Shown one piece after another: positions 54,281 through 64,000 of a stretch of DNA of 64,000 nucleotides. Made by a program: the position numbers and the translations under genes. Positions within the stretch are counted from its first letter, which is position 1. Each line of letters opens with the position of its first letter. The notes beneath the pieces are model-generated. The model searched no databases and was not told the DNA's origin. It saw only the letters and a program-made list of their open reading frames with translations. The DNA comes from Chrysomallon squamiferum (Eukaryota; Animalia; Mollusca), in NCBI GenBank assembly GCA_012295275.1, contig CM022672.1:31806001-31870000 (forward strand), written 5' to 3'.

Positions 54281-54901
54281 CTCTTTGTTTTGTCCTTGTT
54301 TTATATAATCGGTAAAATTTCAATGACAGTCGAAAAAAAAAAAACAAAGACTGAAAATAAAGAAAGTTAATAATCAAAATACATTTTAATAATATAAACA
54401 AATATTGTTTGGCCTAAATGTATTTATTACTTACAATAAACACAAATAATAAAATAGTGAAGATATAACGTTTTCTAGTTGCTTAGCTATACTAGTTTCG
54501 TTCATGTGCTTACAATAATCCTTATTCTATTTTCAATAATATATTTATTTTTATTAGATATCGAACTTGATGAAAAATTAAATATTCTATTATTGACAAA
54601 AGGGAAACGACTATAGTAGGTCATCATAAAGAGTAATTAAGAACAAAATAAATGAAAAAAATAAACAATAAAACATTCCATTTGAAAAACTCATACATTT
54701 TTTATATTAGATATGTATAACAAATATTCTTCGCAAGGTCGTACTATCCCCAAAGACTTAACCACTGAACAGTAGTTCAAATCATTCAGCTGGAAATGAT
54801 GAGGTTTAAACCAGCTGTCTATCATTTTTTCAAGTCAGAGTTCTAACCTATATATAAATTATTGTTGTCTGGTTATATGAATGAACTCACAGATGTAATA
54901 A

Positions 54902-55038
<137 letters not shown>

Positions 55039-55128
55039 TTCATGGTGAAGTTTAGGATTATTGTTTAACCTCTCCATTTTTTCAATTCGTATTTTAGACG
55101 CAACCACGCGTTGCTTAACCTAGAACAG

Positions 55129-55220
<92 letters not shown>

Positions 55221-55814
55221 GTGAGTGTTAATATGATTATTAATATTAATATTATTATTTCATACGGTTATATGTTATAATTCATGGCCATGTTCCCGAA
55301 GATGTCACCATAAGGACTTAGTTAAAGAAAAGTCGTTTACTTGTCGTTACGACGTCGTTTGAAGTCTGTCGTAATAAAGATAATCACTGTGTCGTTATTT
55401 TATTTACTACTCATGCGATGTTCACACCTACACTCAAAAACACACCTACACACAAAAACACACACCGACACACAAAAACACACACAAACACACACCTACA
55501 CACAAAAACACACACCGACACACAAAAACACACACCTACACACAAACACAAACTGACACATACAAATACACAAAACAAATACACAGTGACATATACAAAT
55601 GTGTGCGCCTTTCCTCTTCTTATAATTTATTTCTTTATCAGAAGCGTTTCTGTAAAAAAATCACGCTTGTCGAAGAAGGTGATTTAAATTTAAATCTGAT
55701 AATATATTAACAAAAGTGGTCGGTTTACTCGAATATATCCTCAGTCATTGCATTATATTTCTGTAAAATGTAAAACAGACTAAAAGTAAATTCATTTTAA
55801 GAAAAAGGATAGCA

Positions 55815-55900
<86 letters not shown>

Positions 55901-56094
55901 GTAATAATAATAATAATAAATTTCAAAGTTATATAAAATTCATCACATTATGATGTTAAGGTTCACAAACTTGTATGTGACATTGTAGATTAGTAAATAA
56001 ATCTGACTGTAATTTAAAACAAACATATTTGTTATTTCTTCTTCTCAATCTTAACCACTAATAATCATCTTGTTCATTTAGCTGCGTGAAGGGG

Positions 56095-56365
56095 ATAGGT
56101 TTTCAACCTGAGGATGCCGAGAGATCGTTCTTGGGCGAGGGTATGTTTTAGCGTTTTTCAACTTCACTTGGAAGGAAGAATAAATAAAAACAAGTAGATA
56201 GGTTTGAGACCCGTCATAGTGAATATAGATTCCTTCTGTACTGTCTTTCGTTGATGAAAATATAGTAACCCTGCATAATATTGAATCAAAAATTTTAAAA
56301 GGGATTTTCGGTCATATTGAGTTGCTCATAGGTCGTCGCGGTATGAAAAAGGTTGAAAACCAGTG
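56095..56365 (-). mobile_element. Second copy of the same hAT MITE, opposite orientation
   Basis: Reverse complement aligns along its length with 40271-40536 (e.g. GGAATCTATATTCACTATGACGGGTC, CAACTCAATATGACCGA). No clear TSD. Confidence 0.82.
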
Positions 56366-56883
56366 GTATAGGGTTACCTCCCATTAGTAAAAGGCTTATT
56401 TGTCGTACAGCTCATAACAACACAGGTCAAGGTTTGATGCACACTTAATCAACTTACCACCGGAGTTGTGATTACAACAGTTAGCAGTGAGACACAGTCA
56501 AGACTAGTTGATCATTCTCCACACAGGGGAGCCCAGCTTCCTTACAGCTTGACTGCTTTCCAAATTGTATGACTACTGACCACAAGACTGTTGTTAGGAT
56601 ACCGCGTATAGTGATTACAATAAGCTTGGCATCATTGTTTATTAAGATTTCACAAAGTGCGATCATTTCATATTGTCCACGCGGTAGTCTAATTACGTGC
56701 TAATTGTTGTCACTGTTTATGAAATGACCTTTATGAAATATATTTTATTCTGGAATTTACACCAGATATCCGAAGTAGAGAGATCAGGATTATTCAAAGT
56801 TTTGTTTATAATATATTAAAGTTAGCCTGTGAATTTCTACCCATTTTCATAACACTTTTATGAAGTATATTTGTTCTTTATTT

Positions 56884-57069
<186 letters not shown>

Positions 57070-57818
57070 AGACTACACACATCAAGTACAGATATAGGAT
57101 CTGCTCTGGAATCCTGTCTCACAATATCTTTATGTATTACACGCTGCATGCAGAAAAGAAAAATATTACAGAAACTAAATAATAAATAATTTTTCTGTTT
57201 ACATTCTAAACACAAACTAAATGCAGAAATAAACGAAGTGGAAATTTATGATACAAAACAAATTTATTTCCATTTTCTTTATATACATCTTATACATAAA
57301 CAAACAGTAAATTTGAAACAATCTAATTTACTTACATATTTAATATCAAATCTGAATAAAAGAAAATTCAGAAATAAATCAAAGAACAGTTCTTGTATTT
57401 CATGTCCAACAGTCAGTAAGTACATATATAATTTATCTACATTTTATTTTATATATATTCAAAACCGAAATAAAAAAAGTACAAATGAAGCAAGAAATAG
57501 TTAATAATATTAAGTTTTATATACAAACAAAAAACATTTGATATACTTAAATAAATAAATAAATATTCAAATCAAATAAATAAATAAATAATAAAACGAT
57601 GTGAAGTTAATATACATTTTTCAAGTATCTGACACAAATGAGTCCATTATAAAAATTTGAAATCAAATCAAGTGTCTATGACGTCATCACTGCTGTCTGA
57701 CGTCATCAGAAAAACGTAAAAAAAATCAATAAATCAATACATAAATAACAAATAAATAAAAATAAAAATATTTGGCCTGTCATGAATAAAAGTGACAGTG
57801 TTTGAACGATGTTGTTTT

Positions 57819-58898
57819 TTACACTAAAAAGAACAAAGCAGGTATTTGTCCTATTTACACACATGTAAGACCAAGTTTTCTGTGACTGTGTTTAGATTTG
57901 TGTGAGTCAGAAACTCTACAAACAAAAGAGTCTACAACAATTTCCGATTCACCTTCATCTCCACACAATGAGTCTCCTCCCTTAACATTAACAAACAAGC
58001 TGTACTCAGTGTCTTTAGTAATCTTCACTGGACGTCTGAACACGACGTCATACACGTCAGACACGACGTGTTCATATCTCTGTGTCAGCGTAGACCCGTC
58101 CAGTATTTCGTCTGTTTTTGTGTCAGTGACGAAGGCGCTGACGTCGTAGTTTCGTGGTTCGCGGTGACCGTACACCTGAACTCCGCGAAGTAAAGCGTTT
58201 TTGTTGTCAGAGAAAGTAATGGCTTCATCTACTTTACCAGAATAAAACCAGTTACGACGCCATGGTCTACAGTACAAATCAGACAATGTTCTACGAAACC
58301 TGTTTATTGTAATCAGTGTTTTCATCATTGCAGTTCTCTTGTTTGAGTTAAAAGGTGAAACATCTTCATCACTCTTCACCCAGTTTTTAAAAATCTTGTT
58401 TTCTTCTGTGTCACTGAGTATGTTAGTGGGTGTCACGTGTTCTACAAAATACGTCTGATCGAGTAATGGAAAACGCACGTGCTTCACGGTCTCTGCCAGT
58501 GCCTCGCGCATGTTCTGTCCATTCGTCTGTCTTCCTTGCTTCTTACACGCTCAGTCAGCCCACTTCACTGCGGCTTCAAAAACATTTTTCTCGTCTGCTG
58601 TCAGTTCGTCTAATCGTACGATCTCAACCAGACATTCGTGACAAAGATCGGTGACTTCATCCGACTTCAGAACTTCGTCGCCATGTTCCAAAATGAAGTC
58701 CAGAGGTTTTTTCTTAGATCGTGTTCATCAAACAGGTGAGCTTGTTCCAGCACGACGCACGCATCCCGTGACGACAACGACGACTCCAAGTAGCGCACGC
58801 ACTGATCTTCCAGTGTCGTGACGATGTACTTCCTCGATAGATACAGCAGACCAGTGACGTTGTGGCCTGTTAGGACGACGTCATCCGTATAACGATAT
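57819..58898 (-). pseudogene. BTB-BACK-PHR protein (BTBD1/2/3/6-like) terminal exon, disrupted
   Basis: From acceptor 58899: YRYTDDVVLTGHNVTGLLYLSRKYIVTTLEDQCVRYL (BTB end), ...ACVVLEQAHLFDE...VFEAAVKWA...VRFPLL (BACK), then WFYSGKVDEAITF...GVQVYG...GQIPALFF (PHR). Lesions: a frameshift in the T-run at ~58707-58712, TGA at ~58551-58553, and TAA at 57855-57857 just before GQIP. Confidence 0.88.
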
Positions 58899-59881
58899 CT
58901 GTGTAAAAGAAGTAGAGAAAGACTTCAAAACGAGAAATAATTATGGGAGATTAATTAATTAGAAAATAATTAGATTACTAACAAAAACTGTATTGTTATC
59001 AACGTTCGTGTCGGTATGTATGTTTCGTTACTCACTATGTTCGTACCTGTGTCGCTGTATGTGAATGTGTTTATATGTGTTTGTGTGTGTGTGTTTGTGT
59101 GTGTTTGTTAACATACTTTAAAAACTGTGTAAAAATATATCTGTAAAAATACATTTAGTTTTTAAATTACAGTTATGATTAGATTTGCATTAAAACTTTT
59201 CTCTGTGTTTAAAAAATACTTAGTTTTAATAGTGGGAGCCTCACAGACTGATACTTGCTGAGTAACTCAGTATGTACCATGATACACAGGATACAATTGT
59301 AATGTTGTGTTACAAGATCACCTGTCAGTCCATGGACTCTTTTCCTTTTGGAACACCCGTAACTGACTAAACTGTACCATATTTGTATCCGCCCTGTAGT
59401 ACCCTATTTGTCTATATTATCACACCTCTTTGTATCCTTCCTTATTTGTGTCCACCCTATTCTACACTTTTTGTACCCACCCTGTGTTACCTCATTTATT
59501 TCCGCCCTATCACACCCTCTTTATATCCATTTACTACTACCCTTTGTGCCCACCCTATTTTATATATGTTTTGTGTCCGCTCTGTCCTACACTAAACCGC
59601 TTATCAATATCTTGAATAAATGTTTTGTCGAACCAAACTATCTGAACATTATCAGCATTAAAACCTCCTACAGGCCAGTATGAATAATACAAGTTATCGC
59701 TTCGCTCGTTTTTATAATCTTTCAGATCACTCGTTGCTATAGTGGTATTTTTAAACGATACAGTACAAAGTCAAACCATTTGCCAATGTTCTTGTTTCAA
59801 ATATCGAATAGTTTTAATAACAATAATAATAATAATCATAACAGTAGTAGTAATAATAAAAGTAATAATAATAATAATAAC

Positions 59882-59925
<44 letters not shown>

Positions 59926-60251
59926 TAATAATAATAACAATAACAATAACAATAATAATAATAACACTAATAATAAGTTCTGAGAAACATTATGAGAAAG
60001 GAAGATATTTTTGATATGTAAACACAGATGAAACCTAAAATAAACACTTTATTCGATTTAAATATAAATCAAACAAATGTATTTCTCTGATTTGGTGCCA
60101 CCGCCCCTTCGCCCCCCTTTGCACTCCACTGCCTATCCATTAACAACACCTACTCCTCAAAACTGTAAATATAATTTCTGAATTTTTATCTTCTTATTTA
60201 ACCCGAGTGCAATCCGTTCCAATCTGTTAGCTACAATCTAATCATTAGTCT

Positions 60252-60369
<118 letters not shown>

Positions 60370-61321
60370 AGAGGAGGAGAAAAAAAAATGAAAAAAGCAT
60401 GCACTACGAAGAATATATTGTTTTATAATTTTTATAATGTTTTCAGTGTTGCTGTTGGATCTCGGTCTATTTGTCTGTGTCTCCAGCTATCTTTCTCAAT
60501 TTTATTTCTCACCATTAATTTGTACAGGTCTCAGTACTGGCCCTATCACCCTCCTCTCAGATTTATGTGAATCACTCCTTTCTTCAAGCTAACTTGAACG
60601 TGCACAGCAATACAAAAAACCCAAAAAATAGTATCTAACGCCGTTTCTAAAACCCTTTTGACCCCCTCTCTCATTAGTACATACAAAGAACAAAACATAA
60701 TAACTGATATCTCAAAAACGTGACTAGATACGAAACTGGATACCTCGCCTGAGGTCTGTGGGCTGTATTGTAAACCCCGGTGGTAAAATCATATTTGGCC
60801 TTTTGTTTTCTGTGCACGCTCGAGTTAGTTTCAGCAAGGGACTGATTCACTATAATTACATAGAAGGAGAACAGGGCCGGTACTGAGTCTTAACTTTTTT
60901 TAGGCTGATGCAGAAAACCATACATTTTTTGTTTCATTTTATTTTATTTTTGCTTGTTTATTTATTTATATGTTCGATTTGATTTCAGTTCTCTAACACT
61001 TCGTTAGCTATATTCAGAGAGACATGACCTTTGCAATGCTAAAAATAAATATTGTAACGACATCTTTCTAAAATAGCTTACAAATCTTCTTCACACACAC
61101 ACCTTTATACAGAAATTGGCTTTAACGTAACAAGAACAGTAGCAACTTCTACATAGTTATGTGTGTGTGAGTGTGTGTGTTTGTGTGTGTGTATAAGCCC
61201 GTTTCGTTTAGACGAGGAAACAACGAAAAGAAATGTTACACATCACTACAAAAAAAAGTATGTACTTACTATTGTGATATATTGAGTTGATGTTGATAAT
61301 AAGAAAAGAAAAACATAGATA

Positions 61322-61377
<56 letters not shown>

Positions 61378-61948
61378 ACAGAATAACAAGAGAATTGTTA
61401 GGCTATAACAAAGAAAATAAATGAAATACCCGAGATATTAAAAACGTGACTACAGATTAATTTGATAGCTCACTGGAAATTTTAAACACGTGTTTTAGAG
61501 ATGGCGTTAGAGATTATTTTTTGTCTTTTGATTACAGTGCACGAACAAGGGAGTGACTCACAATACTCTAAGAGGAAGGTGACAGGGCCTGTACTGAGAT
61601 TTGTGAAAATAATGGCGAGAAATAAAATTGAGAAAGATAGCTGGACACACAGACAAATAGACAGAGATTCAAAAGCAACGCGGAAAACATTATAATGTTA
61701 AATGTCTTGAACATTTCTTAGTTCGAGAAATAATGTTAATGAAATAGTTATTAAAGTAATTTTACAAAACGTTTCTACTGCTATGATGCCACTGAATGAC
61801 GTCACATAATGTTAACTGTAAAATATGACCGGTTACATAATTAATTAAATGTTTAATGAACTTTATGCTATACTCTTGTTACTAAGACTATCAATACTAC
61901 GTACTTCACTTATTAATTAATGAGATTTTACTTTAATACTATTGCACA

Positions 61949-61979
<31 letters not shown>

Positions 61980-62040
61980 CAAAATTTAGAAAACAATATA
62001 TTGCAAGTGTTTTTTTTAGGGTTTCTTTCTTTACCTCCAC

Positions 62041-62199
<159 letters not shown>

Positions 62200-63073
62200 T
62201 TGTTCTATACTGTTTACTATTTTCAAACATTTAAAAATATACTATAATGTTATAAATGTACAAAGGTGACATTAAAACAATATCTAAAAATAGCTATCAG
62301 TACAGTATGGGATAAGGGACGGCTTTTCATGACTTTAATCGTTTCTTTATTTATTTATTTTAAATAGAATGAAATAAAGCTACTTAACAGAGAAAAGAAA
62401 TATATATTATTGTTATATTACTATTATGTATATGTTTGACTAAAATCATACATTCACCGTGTATCCTGTTTTTCATTCGTATAGATTATTTATATATCTT
62501 ACGAAAAGATCTGATACCGCCACTTCACTATTCAAGTTTAAACAAGATATATTTTTGGAGGGTAAATGTATTATCTTTCTTTGTCCTACAAACCATTTGC
62601 TACGTCTATTATTACTGTATGTGTGATAAATTGTAACCATCATTTAACAAGTTGATCAAGTGCACAAACTATGTATAGGTAGTTTTTACTTTTACTCCTG
62701 TTTACTCTATCACAAGAACTTACAATTTCACAATTATGTTTTTTCTCAGAAGACAGAAGAGTATAGAAAATTTCAAAGCTACCACCCCTTCTTTGTCAGA
62801 ATTGAAATCTTCCCTTCACTGAGTGTCGTCTGTCATAACCGACTTCCCCGCACTCACAACTGTGATATCAGACTGACATTGCAGACTAACAGACGAGCAT
62901 TTTCCTGCGGATGTTAATTTTCCATTTCTATAAAAAAAGGTAACAAAAATTTATATTATTATTATTATAATTATTATTTTTGTTGTTGTTGTAAGATATT
63001 TCAAAATAAAACAGGTTATATACTTAATAACATTTCTGTTCATAATTTGTTTGTGTTATACTCATTGGTTAGA

Positions 63074-63150
63074 GTGGAGCGTGTGGCTCAGTGGTCAGAG
63101 GAAAGTAGTGTCTGGCAATTAGAGCGCTTACTTTAAATCAGTAGTCTAGG
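63074..63150 (+). mobile_element. Possible tRNA-derived SINE head
   Basis: GGAGCGTGTGGCTCAGTGGTCAGAG contains a Pol III A-box. No intact B-box or cloverleaf. Confidence 0.3.
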
Positions 63151-63435
63151 TGTGAGAGAGGGACTCAGGGTGTGCAGGGTAAATCTGGAGTAAACACGGT
63201 ACAATGCTTCAAAAGCTGTCTCTTTCTATTCATATCGTAAAATCTCAGTTAACTAATTCTCAAAGCAACCGAAACAGTACATACGTTTTGTCACGTTTTC
63301 CTCCCTAACATTTGTCCATATAATTATATTATATAAGCTTATTTCATTGCCTTTTACGCATGTTGTTAAAACTGAATATTTTGAAGTTAAATAAAATAGT
63401 AAATATTGTTATTTTGTTTTACTCTCTCTCTCCCT

Positions 63436-63534
<99 letters not shown>

Positions 63535-64000
63535 CCTCCCTCCCTCCCTCTCTCTCTCTCTCCCTCCCTCCCTCCCTCCCTGTCTCTCTAACACAATATA
63601 CACCAGAAAAGATAACACTACTCTCCCGTTGACTATAAAACAGAAACGCATCTAATTTTAACATACGTTGCAGACGAAACAAATATAATGCTCAAAATGT
63701 GAAGAGCTTAGATGTACTTTTTTTTTCTAAAATTGAGACTGATGGCTTGACTGACAGTGATTAACTGATACTGATTACTTGTCTCAGTTGATTGTAGCAC
63801 AGCCTTTCTTAATAGTCCCGAGTGGCAGTCCTTGTCAGAACATTTTGCGTGTTTGGTATCTTTTCCTGACATGATCTTACTGGGACCTGGCTCCTCCGTG
63901 TCTTAAATTTGGGTGTGTCCACTGGCCAAGTTAAGTCTGTCTGACTGAACGGATCTTGTAGATACTTTCACAGCTGCCGCATGTGATATTCCTACTTCAG

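Noticed and set aside
63074-63150. tRNA gene
   Set aside because: Only an A-box is present, with no B-box or cloverleaf. Kept only as a possible SINE head.
63780-64000. Upstream BTB exon of the BTBD pseudogene
   Set aside because: No minus-strand frame shows BTB motifs (DV.F.VG, AHK.VL), and all frames contain stops.

Overview
AT-rich, microsatellite-dense eukaryotic DNA, most likely from a mollusc (gastropod). This is inferred from a MetaSINE-like fragment and from the perlucin-like, beta-microseminoprotein-like and IAP sequences. Most ORF-track entries are translations of simple repeats. Splicing by eye gives one intact 3-exon gene, a secreted 128-aa, 10-Cys beta-microseminoprotein/PSP94-like protein (46462-52224, +). 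Its second intron is almost entirely a ~4.5-kb 39-bp minisatellite, and a decayed paralogous last exon lies ~2.4 kb upstream. Other gene-like sequences are a BIR+UBA IAP exon without RING (16433-17038, +), a disrupted BTB-BACK-PHR gene (57819-58898, -), a disrupted C-type lectin exon (28410-28651, -), and a decayed multi-exon gene with a GC-AG intron (~295-6242, -). A duplicated promoter/first-exon cassette and a triplicated downstream exon may encode a death-fold-like remnant. Mobile DNA includes a Gypsy LTR/PBS/gag remnant, an Academ transposase fragment with its terminus, two opposite-orientation hAT-type MITEs, and LINE/SINE fragments. There is a 200-N gap at 31065-31264. Overall it resembles a high-turnover region of immune/apoptosis genes and their relics. 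All homology calls come from motif recall, not database searches.
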